Positions 9,589 through 18,418 of a DNA stretch of 64,000 bases are shown here, one piece after another. The DNA is from an uncultured Gemmatimonadales bacterium (GTDB lineage: Bacteria; Gemmatimonadota; Gemmatimonadetes; Longimicrobiales; Longimicrobiaceae). The notes under the pieces are model-generated. The model did no database searches. It was not told the DNA's origin and was given only the letters and a program-made list of their open reading frames with translations. The translations under genes and the position numbers were made by a program. Positions within the stretch are counted from its first letter, which is position 1. The number at the start of each line of letters is the position of its first letter. The stretch is from contig OY970303.1 of assembly GCA_963716255.1 (NCBI GenBank), forward strand, positions 6,208,001 to 6,272,000. The letters run 5' to 3'.

Positions 9589-10110
9589 TCAGGGACAGTC
9601 GGTCACGACCTGGCGCGCGGTCCAGCGGATGGGCAGGGAGGTGCGGGTGACGACCACCGCGTCGGCGGGGGCGGTGAGGGCCATGGTGACCCCGCACCGC
9701 GGCCCCGGCGAGCTTTCCACCACGGACGCGACCAGCTCGCCGCCCTCGGCGCGCACGGACTCGATGCGGATCGCGTAGCCCCCGGAGCGGCGCTGTCCCA
9801 GGGCGGCCACCAGCACCATCTCGCGGGCGAAGTCCACCTCCGGCGCGGCCCCCGGCGGCCCGGCTCGCGCGGTCAGGCGCGACCAGGCCTCGCGCCAGGC
9901 CGCCGCGTCGCGGACGGCCTGGCGGGCGGGCTCCTGGATCCCGCTGCCGCCGCGGAAGCCGCCCTGCACCTCTTCGGGGAAGCGCCGGAGCGCGATGGAC
10001 TCCTGGGGCATGGCCGTCCGGGTTTCGGGCGAGGCGGCGTCGGTCCGCGCCGCGGGCGTGGGCGTGCAGCCGGCCAGGGCGGCGGCGAGGCAGAGTACGA
10101 TCCGGATCAT
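9589..10110 (-). CDS. PrcB C-terminal-domain lipoprotein (protease-associated)
   Basis: Lipobox LAGC; PEVDF...LGQRRSGGYAIRI...CGVTMALTAP; immediately downstream of an S8 protease. Confidence 0.65.
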   Translation of the reverse strand: MIRIVLCLAAALAGCTPTPAARTDAASPETRTAMPQESIALRRFPEEVQGGFRGGSGIQEPARQAVRDAAAWREAWSRLTARAGPPGAAPEVDFAREMVLVAALGQRRSGGYAIRIESVRAEGGELVASVVESSPGPRCGVTMALTAPADAVVVTRTSLPIRWTARQVVTDCP

Positions 10111-10178
10111 GGGCTGCCTTCCGGCTGTGGGCGGCGCGCGGAGCGCGCCGCCCGGGTGGGGTGCGGCCGGGCGACGGC

Positions 10179-11420
10179 TCAGATGCGGGAGTACGCCAGC
10201 CGGTTGGGCGAGCCCGTGCCCAGGTTCTTCACCACGCCGGTGGTCGCGTTGTTCACGACGGCGCTCTTGACCGTGGCGGTGGTCGCGGTGGGGTTGCGGC
10301 CCAGGTAGTTGGCGGCGATTCCCGCCACGTGCGGGGACGCGAACGAGGTGCCGCTGTCCACCCGGTACGCGTAGTCGCTGGCGGTCCCCGCCGATTCGAT
10401 GTCGGCTCCGGGCGCGAACAGGTTGAGGCACGCGCCGTAGTTGGAGAACGCCGGGCGGGTGTCGGTGCGGTCCGTCGCCCCCACGGTGATGGTGCCCAGG
10501 GTGTGCCCGGGGGTGGTCCCGCATGCGTCCTTGGCCTCGTTGCCCGCCGCCACCGCGTACGTGACTCCGGCCTGGATGGAGGCGTAGATCGCCTGGTCCA
10601 GCTCGGGCACCTCGACGGAGAAGCCGAGGCTCATGTTCGCGACGGCCGGCTTCCTGTGGTTCCTGGTCACCCAGTTGACCGCCTCGATCGCGTCGTTGGA
10701 ATACACGGCGCCGCTGCACTGCGCGGCTCTCACGTCGTACAGCCGCGCCCGCTTGGCGACTCCGTACTCGATCCCGCCCACGATGGCGGCGACGAAGGTG
10801 CCGTGTCCGTTGCAGTCGCCTCCGGTGCCCAGCGAGTCGACGGCGTCGAAGCCGAAGAGCGCCCGCCCCCCGAAGTCGGAGTGGGTCCGCCGGATCCCCG
10901 AGTCGATGATGTACACGTTCACGTTGGGCGCCGAGTCGGTGTACACGTAGGTGTTGTTGAGCGGGAGCGCGCGCTGGTCGATGCGGTCCAGCCCCCAGTT
11001 GAAGGGATAGCTCTGCGTGCCGGCGATCCTTCCCCGGACCACGGGGTTCACGTACGCCACGTGCGGGTGGCGCCTCATCTTCTCGACCTGCTTGTCGGTC
11101 ATCCTGGCGGAGAAGCCCTTGATCCAGGACTCGTCCCACTGGTGCGAGGTGGCGATCCCGTGCGCGTTCCTGATCTGTGCCGTGACGGCCCGGGCGTTGG
11201 CGTCCAGTCGGTAGATCACGTTGTAGTGGCCGGGGACGATGACCGACGGGTCGTAGGTGGGCAGCTGAGCGGGCTCTCCCGCCTTGTCCTGCTGGACGGC
11301 GCCGGCCGCCGAAAGGCTGGGGGCCGCCGGGGACGCTGCGTCCGGCGACACCGGGTCGGGGGCGTCGCTGCAGGCGGCCAGCACGAGGCAGCACGCGGCG
11401 AGGGCAAGCTTGCGGATCAT
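10179..11420 (-). CDS. S8 subtilisin/proteinase K-like serine protease with propeptide
   Basis: WGLDRIDQR, IIDSG, GHGT, GTSFASPHVAG; lipoprotein-type signal. Confidence 0.9.
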   Translation of the reverse strand: MIRKLALAACCLVLAACSDAPDPVSPDAASPAAPSLSAAGAVQQDKAGEPAQLPTYDPSVIVPGHYNVIYRLDANARAVTAQIRNAHGIATSHQWDESWIKGFSARMTDKQVEKMRRHPHVAYVNPVVRGRIAGTQSYPFNWGLDRIDQRALPLNNTYVYTDSAPNVNVYIIDSGIRRTHSDFGGRALFGFDAVDSLGTGGDCNGHGTFVAAIVGGIEYGVAKRARLYDVRAAQCSGAVYSNDAIEAVNWVTRNHRKPAVANMSLGFSVEVPELDQAIYASIQAGVTYAVAAGNEAKDACGTTPGHTLGTITVGATDRTDTRPAFSNYGACLNLFAPGADIESAGTASDYAYRVDSGTSFASPHVAGIAANYLGRNPTATTATVKSAVVNNATTGVVKNLGTGSPNRLAYSRI

Positions 11421-11730
11421 GAACGCACCTCCACTGGGGGACCACGGATTCCGCGCCCGCGCGGCACGGTCCCGGCGCCGGGACCGCCGTGCGGAGACGG
11501 GCGAGCACGGCACATGCTCGACGGGGAAACATGCGCAACAAACGCTCCAATCCACGTACCTCGGGAGTGAGAATCCCGGCCGGTGCGACGGATCGCCGAA
11601 GCGGAGAACCGTTCTTGCATGTCCGCCCGCTTCCGCCGTCCGTTTGCTTGCGGGCGGCGGGGTGCGGTTTCTACGTTTCCGCCGCCGCGAGGGGCGGGCT
11701 CTTCGGACAGCGAGAACTCAGGGAACATCC

Positions 11731-13101
11731 GTGATCGATACGTCGCAGCTCATGGTCAGCGTCTCCGGGGTGCGGGGACGGGTGGGGGAAGGGCTCACGC
11801 CGGAGGTGATCGGGCACTTCGCCGCGGCGTTCGGGGCGTACGCGCTGCGCCGCGGGCCGGGAAGGACGGTGGTGATCGGGAGGGATTCGCGCGTCTCCGG
11901 CCCGATGTTCGTGCGGGCGGCGACGGCGGCGCTCCAGTCGGTGGGGTGCGACGTGGTGGACGTGGGCATTTCGGCGACGCCGGGGGTGCAGCTGGCGGTG
12001 GAGGACCTGGGGGCGGCGGGCGGGCTGGCGGTGACGGCCAGCCACAACCCCATCGAGTGGAACGCGCTCAAGTTCATCGGCCCCACGGGGATGTTCCTGG
12101 ACGCGGAGGAGGGCGCGGAGATGCGGGCCTTCCTGGACGGGGAGATCCCCCGCGCGGGGTGGCGCGACCTGGGCGGCCGCACGGAGGACGAGGGCGCGGT
12201 GCAGCGCCACCTGGACCGGATCCTGGCGATTCCCTTCCTGGACGTGGAGCGGATCCGCGAGCGGCGCTTCCACGTGGCGCTGGACTGCGTGCGAGGGGCG
12301 GGGGGGACCATCTTCCCGCGGCTGCTGGAGGCGCTGGGGTGCCGGGTGGACGCCATCAACCTGGAAACGGACGGGCTGTTCCCGCGCGAGCCGGAGCCGG
12401 TGGCGGAGAACCTGGGCGAGCTGGAGGCGCTGGTGCGCCGCACGGGCGCGGTGGTGGGGCTGGCGACGGACCCGGACGTGGACCGGCTGTCGCTGGTGTC
12501 GGAGGAGGGGCGGGCGATCGGCGAGGACTACACGCTGGCGCTGGCTGCGAAGCTGGTGCTGGCGCACCGCCCGGGCCCGGTGGTGACGAACCTGTCCACC
12601 AGCCGTCTACTGGACGACGTGGCGGAGGCGGCGGGGGTGCCGCTGGTGCGCGCGGCGGTGGGTGAGATCAACGTGGCGCGCCGCATGCAAGCGGAGGGCG
12701 CCACCGTGGGCGGCGAGGGGAACGGGGGGGTGATCCTCCCGGACGTGCACCTGACGCGCGACGCGCCGGTGGCGGCCGCCCTGATCCTGCAGCTCCTGGC
12801 GGAGCAGGGCCGCCCCCTGAGCGCGCTGGCGGCGGAGATCGGCCGCTACGAGATCGTCAAGGAGAAGGTGGCGCGCCCCGCGCAGCCGCTGGACGCGGTG
12901 TACGACGCGCTCGCGGCGCGCTTTCCCGAGGCGGACGCCGACCGCCAGGACGGCCTGCGCCTGTCCTGGGCGGCGGAGCGCAAGTGGGCGCACCTGCGCC
13001 CCTCGGGCACGGAGCCCATCGTCCGCGTGATCTGCGAGGCGCCCACGCGCGCGGAAGCCGCCGCGCTCGTGGATGCGCTGCGCGCCGCGCTGCCGGGGTA
13101 A
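11731..13101 (+). CDS. glmM: Phosphoglucosamine mutase (alpha-D-phosphohexomutase)
   Basis: SGVRG, TASHNP, DPDVDR, GGEGNG, RPSGTEP; upstream of glmS. Confidence 0.8.
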   Translation: MIDTSQLMVSVSGVRGRVGEGLTPEVIGHFAAAFGAYALRRGPGRTVVIGRDSRVSGPMFVRAATAALQSVGCDVVDVGISATPGVQLAVEDLGAAGGLAVTASHNPIEWNALKFIGPTGMFLDAEEGAEMRAFLDGEIPRAGWRDLGGRTEDEGAVQRHLDRILAIPFLDVERIRERRFHVALDCVRGAGGTIFPRLLEALGCRVDAINLETDGLFPREPEPVAENLGELEALVRRTGAVVGLATDPDVDRLSLVSEEGRAIGEDYTLALAAKLVLAHRPGPVVTNLSTSRLLDDVAEAAGVPLVRAAVGEINVARRMQAEGATVGGEGNGGVILPDVHLTRDAPVAAALILQLLAEQGRPLSALAAEIGRYEIVKEKVARPAQPLDAVYDALAARFPEADADRQDGLRLSWAAERKWAHLRPSGTEPIVRVICEAPTRAEAAALVDALRAALPG

Positions 13102-13130
13102 CGGCAGGGAACAGCCTGCAAGCTGCGGAA

Positions 13131-13305
13131 GAGGGCGTTCGCTGTTTCGCAGTATCCATAAAAAGAGGTTCGGAGGGAGACTCGCGCGGGCAGTTTCGCG
13201 TGAGGCTCACTCCGGCGCAGGGAGACCCGGGGGCAGTTTCCCGGGGCTCCCGGAGCCCGTGGAGGAGACCGGCGGGGCAGTTTCCGCCGGGCTCCGGAGC
13301 GGCCC
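13131..13305 (-). repeat. Triple-hairpin repeat family, copy B
   Basis: Three hairpins with loop AAACTGCC on the minus strand; inverted homolog of 316-496. Confidence 0.8.
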
Positions 13306-13398
13306 AAGGCCCAGAACTCGAAGCACCGCATGCTGTTGGCCCGCCGGATGCAACAGCCCCACGGATCCACCCACACGAGACGCTGAGAAAGGACCCCC

Positions 13399-15252
13399 AT
13401 GTGCGGCATCGTCGGATACATCGGTGAGCAGCAGGTCGCCCCGCTCCTCCTGCAGGGCCTGAAGCGGCTGGAGTACCGCGGCTACGACTCGGCGGGCGTG
13501 GCGGTGGTGCGCAACGGCACCATCCAGGTGCGCAAGGAGGCGGGCAAGATCGTGGAGCTGGAGAAGCTGTTGAAGGAGGAGCCGGTGGAGGGGACGTACG
13601 GGATCGGCCACACGCGCTGGGCGACGCACGGCCCGCCCACGGAGCGCAACGCGCACCCGCACACCACGGAGAAGGGCGACTTCGCGCTGGTGCACAACGG
13701 GATCGTGGAGAACGCGGGGACGCTGCGGAAGCTGCTCCAGGAGCGCGGCCACGTGTTCAGCTCGGAAACGGACACGGAGGTCCTGGTGCACCTGATCGAG
13801 GAGGTGTACGACCAGGGCAAGGGGCGCTCGGGGGAGTCGCTGGAGCGCGCGGTGGAGGCGGCGCTGTCGCAGGTGGAGGGGACGTACGGGATCGCGGTGG
13901 TCTCCACGCGCGACCCCAACAAGATCGTGGTGGCGCGCCTGGGGAGCCCGCTCCTCATCGGGGTGGGCGACAACGGGCAGACGTACGTGGCCAGCGACGC
14001 GTCGGCGATCATCTCGCACACGCGCGACGTGATCTACCTGGACGACGGGGACATGGCCACCATCACCCGCAACGGGTACACGGTGCACCGCCCCACGCAG
14101 GGACCGGTGCAGCGCCCGGTGAGCCGGGTGGACTGGGACCTGGAGGAGGTGGAGCGCGGCGGGTACCCGCACTTCATGCTCAAGGAGATCGTGGAGCAGC
14201 CCAGCACGCTGCGCGAGACCATGCGCGGGCGCCTGCTGGCGGAGGAGGGCGGGGTGAAGCTGGGCGGCCTGACGGGGATGGACGAGGAGCTGCGCAGCAT
14301 CGAGCGGATCATCATCCTGGGGTGCGGCACGAGCTGGCACAGCGGCCTGATCGGCGAGTACATGCTGGAGGACATCGCCCGCATCCCCACGGAGGTGGAG
14401 TACGCGTCGGAGTTCCGCTACCGGCGCCCGGTGGTGGAGCCCAACACGCTGACCATCTCCATCTCGCAGTCGGGGGAGACGGCGGACACGCTCTGGGCGA
14501 TGCGCGAGGCCCGGCAGCAGGGGGCCACGACGCTGGGGATCGTGAACTCGGTGGGGTCCACCATCGCGCGCGAGACGGACGCGGGGGTGTACCTGCACGC
14601 GGGGCCGGAGATCGGGGTGGCGTCCACAAAGGCGTTCACCTCGCAGGTGGTGGTGCTGGCGATGATCACCGTGCACCTGGGGCGCCTGCGCGGCACGCTG
14701 ACGGCGTCGCGCGGCCGGGAGATCGTCCGCGCGCTCCAGCAGCTCCCGGAGCAGGTGGCGCAGATCCTGGAGATGGACGCGTCCATCCGCGACCTGGCGG
14801 AGGAGTACAAGGACAGCAAGAACTTCCTGTACCTGGGGCGCGGCTACAACTTCCCGGCGGCGCTGGAGGGGGCGCTGAAGCTCAAGGAGATCTCGTACAT
14901 CCACGCGGAGGGGTACCCGGCGGCGGAGATGAAGCACGGCCCCATCGCGCTGATCGACGAGAGCATGCCGGTGGTGGTGATCGCCCCGCGCGACGCGGTC
15001 TACGACAAGGTGCGCTCGAACATCGACGAGGTGAAGGCGCGCGGCGGGTGCATCATCGGGGTAGTCACGGAGGGCGACAGCGACCTGGAGGACGTGCTGG
15101 ACCACGTGATCCGGATCCCGCGCACGCACGACGCGCTGACGCCGATCCTGGCGAGCGTGCCGCTGCAGCTGCTGGCGTACCACATCGCGGTGCTGCGGGA
15201 GGCGAACGTGGACCAGCCTCGCAACCTGGCGAAGAGCGTCACGGTGGAGTAG
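13399..15252 (+). CDS. glmS: Glutamine-fructose-6-phosphate aminotransferase
   Basis: MCGIVG, LEYRGYDSAG, GHTRWATHG, C-terminal PRNLAKSVTVE (the attTn7 recognition region). Confidence 0.98.
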   Translation: MCGIVGYIGEQQVAPLLLQGLKRLEYRGYDSAGVAVVRNGTIQVRKEAGKIVELEKLLKEEPVEGTYGIGHTRWATHGPPTERNAHPHTTEKGDFALVHNGIVENAGTLRKLLQERGHVFSSETDTEVLVHLIEEVYDQGKGRSGESLERAVEAALSQVEGTYGIAVVSTRDPNKIVVARLGSPLLIGVGDNGQTYVASDASAIISHTRDVIYLDDGDMATITRNGYTVHRPTQGPVQRPVSRVDWDLEEVERGGYPHFMLKEIVEQPSTLRETMRGRLLAEEGGVKLGGLTGMDEELRSIERIIILGCGTSWHSGLIGEYMLEDIARIPTEVEYASEFRYRRPVVEPNTLTISISQSGETADTLWAMREARQQGATTLGIVNSVGSTIARETDAGVYLHAGPEIGVASTKAFTSQVVVLAMITVHLGRLRGTLTASRGREIVRALQQLPEQVAQILEMDASIRDLAEEYKDSKNFLYLGRGYNFPAALEGALKLKEISYIHAEGYPAAEMKHGPIALIDESMPVVVIAPRDAVYDKVRSNIDEVKARGGCIIGVVTEGDSDLEDVLDHVIRIPRTHDALTPILASVPLQLLAYHIAVLREANVDQPRNLAKSVTVE

Positions 15253-15277
15253 GCGACGCCTACCTGCAAACGACGGC

Positions 15278-15365
15278 TGTTGGTGAACAATAAAGTCGGG
15301 TAGTCGCAAATAAAGTCGGGTAGTGGGAAATAAAGTCGGGTAGTCGGCCATAAAGTCGGGAAGTG
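15278..15365 (+). repeat. Transposon end with four tandem TnsB-binding sites (Tn7R-like)
   Basis: TAAAGTCGGG at 15291, 15311, 15331 and 15351 (20-bp period). Confidence 0.92.
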
Positions 15366-15472
15366 AAAAGAGTCGGCGAGTCGCCTTTGGCGACGCTTCA
15401 GCCGCGAGGGTCAGGACGCAGTCCGTTGGGCCCTCGCGGCGAAGTTGTATGGTCCCCGATCCGGGAGGGCCA

Positions 15473-18418
15473 ATGCTGGCGATCTTCCCCAGCCTCCAGC
15501 CGGAGGAGCTACTCTGCAGCGCCGTCGCTCGGTACGCCGATGTGATGGCGTTTCCGCACCCCGACAAGGTCCTCCGGGAGGTCTTCGGCCTCTCTCCCGG
15601 TGAGCCGGAGGCGGAGCTCCCCGTCAGCTTGGAGCACTTCCTCGCGGCACTTCCGCCCGGCCACGGCCTCACGTGGCACAAAGTACTTGCAAAGCACACG
15701 GCGTTCCCCTACTACCGCGCGTTCCTGCCCCCTGCACCAGCAAGGGCGATCGAGAACGCAATGTGGTACCACGGAAGTGAGCCATACGCGCTGGCGAACT
15801 ACGAGTACCCTGCAAAGTGGACGGTACGCCGCCCCGAACGCCTTCGGTACTGCCACGCTTGTGTAGACGAAGACCACCGAGGGCCAGCCGGGGTGGCATA
15901 CTGGCGTTGCGTCCACCAGCTGGCCGGGGTCCTGGTCTGTCCGACCCACCACGTTCCCCTCACCGAGACCCGACTCCCCCGAGATGGTCGCGGTTACAGA
16001 TCCCGCTACCTTCCGAGAGATACCCCGGCGTTCGTGAGTCTGGAGCGAGCGCGCGCTCTCTCCTCCGAGCAGCTGATCGTGCCTCCGGCTGCGGCCAGCA
16101 TTGCCCAAGCCGTCGCCGAGGATACCCTGTGGCTCCTCCAACACCAGGTGAACCTCCCGTCCCTCCGGGAGCTGTACCGGCGCCACCGCGGCGCGCTCGC
16201 ACAGCGCGGGCTCACCAGGCCCTGCGGGCGCCTGAAGTGGGAGCACTTCCACAAGGAGATCAGCCGGTTCTATCCAGACGACGTGCTCCGCGCACTCGGG
16301 GTAGCCGCCTTCGAGGGCGAACACAAGCGAGGCGCTGACTGGCTCAGCAGCCTCTGGGATTTCCCGCTCAAGACGTTTCCCCCACTCTGCCACATCCTCC
16401 TCATTCGCTTTTCCGGCCTCTCCGCCGAGCAGTTCTTCACCCAGCGTCCTACCCTGCCTTCCTCAAGGCGACCCACCCTCGACGGGCCATGCGGCAACCC
16501 GGCCTGCGCGCGGTACGATCCTCCCGTTCCCCGCGCCGTTCCCGCTGAGCGCTCCGCGGGAGCGCCATACGTCACGATCTCCTGCCCGGAGTGCGGCTAC
16601 GCGTACGGCCAGCGCGCGGACGGACCCGGGCGCAGGTGCACGATCCAGCGCGTTGGCTCCCTCTGGGAGGAGCGGCTGCGGGTGCTGGCAGCCGATCCGG
16701 AAGCGAAGCTCCCCGAGGTCGCCAGGACGCTGGGGGTCCATCCGGATCGGCTGCAGCGCCATGCAGCGGACCTCGGATGCTGGAACCCTTCGTGGGGCCC
16801 CGCGCCCAAGCCGAGAGGATCCGGCAAGCGTGCGAAGGCCGTCCGCCAGAGGCTCAAGGAGGAGAAGGAGAGGGTGCTTCGCCTCAAAGCGGTCCCGAAG
16901 TACAGCCGCCATCTCCGCAGGACGCTGGCTGATCGCTTCCCGCTGACCCTCCGGTTCCTCCGCCGGGTCGATCCGGCGTGGCTCGATGCGAAGGCGCCGC
17001 CAGAGCTCCCTCGACCAAGAGCGCGTCGCCCACCCCCGTACTTCGGGTCGCCGACTCCCGACGAGTGCGCGTTGACGTGGGCCCGCGGCCTGGTTGCACT
17101 GGTCCGTGCCTGGCCGGGGCGCCCGGTCCAGATCCGGCCACGGACCGTGCTGCGGCAAATCGGGTGGTGGGTGTTCGACGCTTACGACCATATCCCGCAG
17201 ACCCGCGCCTACCTCGCGGAGGTGGCCGAGCCAGCGGCCGCCTTTGCCGAGCGCCGGATCGTGTGGGCAGCCCGCTGGTTCGCGACCCGCCGAGAGGTGC
17301 CGACCCTGGAGCAGCTGGCCGAAGCCGCCACGCTCTCCGGGCGCCTCCGCAAGACCCACCGGAATGGCCTGCAGCGCGCCCTCCAGGCGCTCCAGGCTCA
17401 CGCGGACGGCGGTGTGCCGCTGCCCGCGGAATGGGGGACTCCGCTTCCGGAGTCGCCCCTGGAGGAGCGGTACCGTTGGTGGCCCGAAGGACAGATGGAC
17501 AGTGGTCCGGACTTTCGGTATTTTTTCGGTAGTCCATCCACCCCCTTTCCGGAGGCGAGCCCCATGGCCAGACCACGAAGCGGACCCGCAGACGACGATC
17601 GCAGGAGGATGCAGGGGTGGGGGGAAGGGCACGGGCGGTCGTACAAGCCCTGGATCACGGTGCGCAGCTTCGGGTCGAGGGGGATGTCGCACCGGGTACC
17701 CAGCGCCACGGTGGGGCGTTCGCACGACCTGTTCAGCAACGGGGAGTACGGATGCTTCCTGTTGCTGGACTGGAGCTCCCTCGTGACGGACATCCGGGAG
17801 CAGTTCCCGCTGCACCCGGTTCAGGAGACGCGAGAGATCGCCGCGTCACTCGGGTACGCCCACCCACGTCGCGGCCGGAAGGTGAAGGGGGAATGGATCC
17901 AGGAGGACGGGGTGATGACCTCGGACTTCCGCGTGGAGTTCGTGGACGGCGCAGGCGTGGCGGAGGTGGTGATCTCGGTCAAGCCACTGGGCGAGCTGAC
18001 GGACGAGCGCACGCTGGAGAAGTTGCACGTAGAGCGCCGGTACTGGGTGCGGCGTGGCATTCCGTGGTTCTTGGTCACCGAGGAGGAGCTCCCGCAGGAC
18101 CTGATCGCCAACCTGAGCTTCCTGGCCCCGTTCCGCTCCGTCGACGGCTACGGTGTGGACGCGGCGGAGCTGCCCGAGGTCCTCGCTTACCTCTTCGACA
18201 AGCTCGCCGCCTCGCCGTCGGTCGCTCCGGGGAAGGTGTGCGCGATGGCGGACGAGCGTCTGCACTTCAAGCATGGGGTCTGCCTCGCGCTCGTGTGGCA
18301 CGCGATCGCGACGAAGCAGTGGCGGGTGGACCTGCATGAGAAGCTGGACCCCGGCGCTCCGCTCCAGGACCTCACCTCCGGGAGCGCGGATCCCGAGCTG
18401 CGGGCGAGGACCGCATGA
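15473..18418 (+). CDS. tnsD-tnsA: TniQ/TnsD domain fused in frame to TnsA endonuclease
   Basis: N-terminal FPSLQPEELLCSAVARY, CHAC...W..VHQL.GV..CPTH, second zinc finger and HTH; no stop before the TnsA motifs; GGAGG RBS before ATG 15473. Confidence 0.8.
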   Translation: MLAIFPSLQPEELLCSAVARYADVMAFPHPDKVLREVFGLSPGEPEAELPVSLEHFLAALPPGHGLTWHKVLAKHTAFPYYRAFLPPAPARAIENAMWYHGSEPYALANYEYPAKWTVRRPERLRYCHACVDEDHRGPAGVAYWRCVHQLAGVLVCPTHHVPLTETRLPRDGRGYRSRYLPRDTPAFVSLERARALSSEQLIVPPAAASIAQAVAEDTLWLLQHQVNLPSLRELYRRHRGALAQRGLTRPCGRLKWEHFHKEISRFYPDDVLRALGVAAFEGEHKRGADWLSSLWDFPLKTFPPLCHILLIRFSGLSAEQFFTQRPTLPSSRRPTLDGPCGNPACARYDPPVPRAVPAERSAGAPYVTISCPECGYAYGQRADGPGRRCTIQRVGSLWEERLRVLAADPEAKLPEVARTLGVHPDRLQRHAADLGCWNPSWGPAPKPRGSGKRAKAVRQRLKEEKERVLRLKAVPKYSRHLRRTLADRFPLTLRFLRRVDPAWLDAKAPPELPRPRARRPPPYFGSPTPDECALTWARGLVALVRAWPGRPVQIRPRTVLRQIGWWVFDAYDHIPQTRAYLAEVAEPAAAFAERRIVWAARWFATRREVPTLEQLAEAATLSGRLRKTHRNGLQRALQALQAHADGGVPLPAEWGTPLPESPLEERYRWWPEGQMDSGPDFRYFFGSPSTPFPEASPMARPRSGPADDDRRRMQGWGEGHGRSYKPWITVRSFGSRGMSHRVPSATVGRSHDLFSNGEYGCFLLLDWSSLVTDIREQFPLHPVQETREIAASLGYAHPRRGRKVKGEWIQEDGVMTSDFRVEFVDGAGVAEVVISVKPLGELTDERTLEKLHVERRYWVRRGIPWFLVTEEELPQDLIANLSFLAPFRSVDGYGVDAAELPEVLAYLFDKLAASPSVAPGKVCAMADERLHFKHGVCLALVWHAIATKQWRVDLHEKLDPGAPLQDLTSGSADPELRARTA
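17496..17555 (+). promoter_or_regulatory. Internal promoter, operator and RBS for tnsA
   Basis: TGGACA(17496)-N17-TATTTT(17519); TTCG-N7-TTCG (17514-17528) overlaps the -10; GGAGG at 17551. Confidence 0.6.
17564..18418 (+). CDS. tnsA: TnsA endonuclease (internal start within the fusion ORF)
   Basis: GEGHGRSYKPW, HDLFSNGE, DIREQFPL, MTSDF, SVKP, EKLHVERRYW. Confidence 0.85.
   Translation: MARPRSGPADDDRRRMQGWGEGHGRSYKPWITVRSFGSRGMSHRVPSATVGRSHDLFSNGEYGCFLLLDWSSLVTDIREQFPLHPVQETREIAASLGYAHPRRGRKVKGEWIQEDGVMTSDFRVEFVDGAGVAEVVISVKPLGELTDERTLEKLHVERRYWVRRGIPWFLVTEEELPQDLIANLSFLAPFRSVDGYGVDAAELPEVLAYLFDKLAASPSVAPGKVCAMADERLHFKHGVCLALVWHAIATKQWRVDLHEKLDPGAPLQDLTSGSADPELRARTA

Noticed and set aside
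290..9697. Very long ORFs such as 290-2473, 1966-4512 and 5201-9697
   Set aside because: Arg/Gly/Pro-rich shadow frames of real genes in high-GC DNA
13102..13398. glmS ribozyme upstream of glmS
   Set aside because: The core AGCGCC...GACGAGG elements are not found; the region is explained by the triple-hairpin repeat
15285..15365. Tandem 20-bp repeats resembling a mini CRISPR array
   Set aside because: No unique spacers; they match the inverted sites at the far end and are TnsB-binding sites
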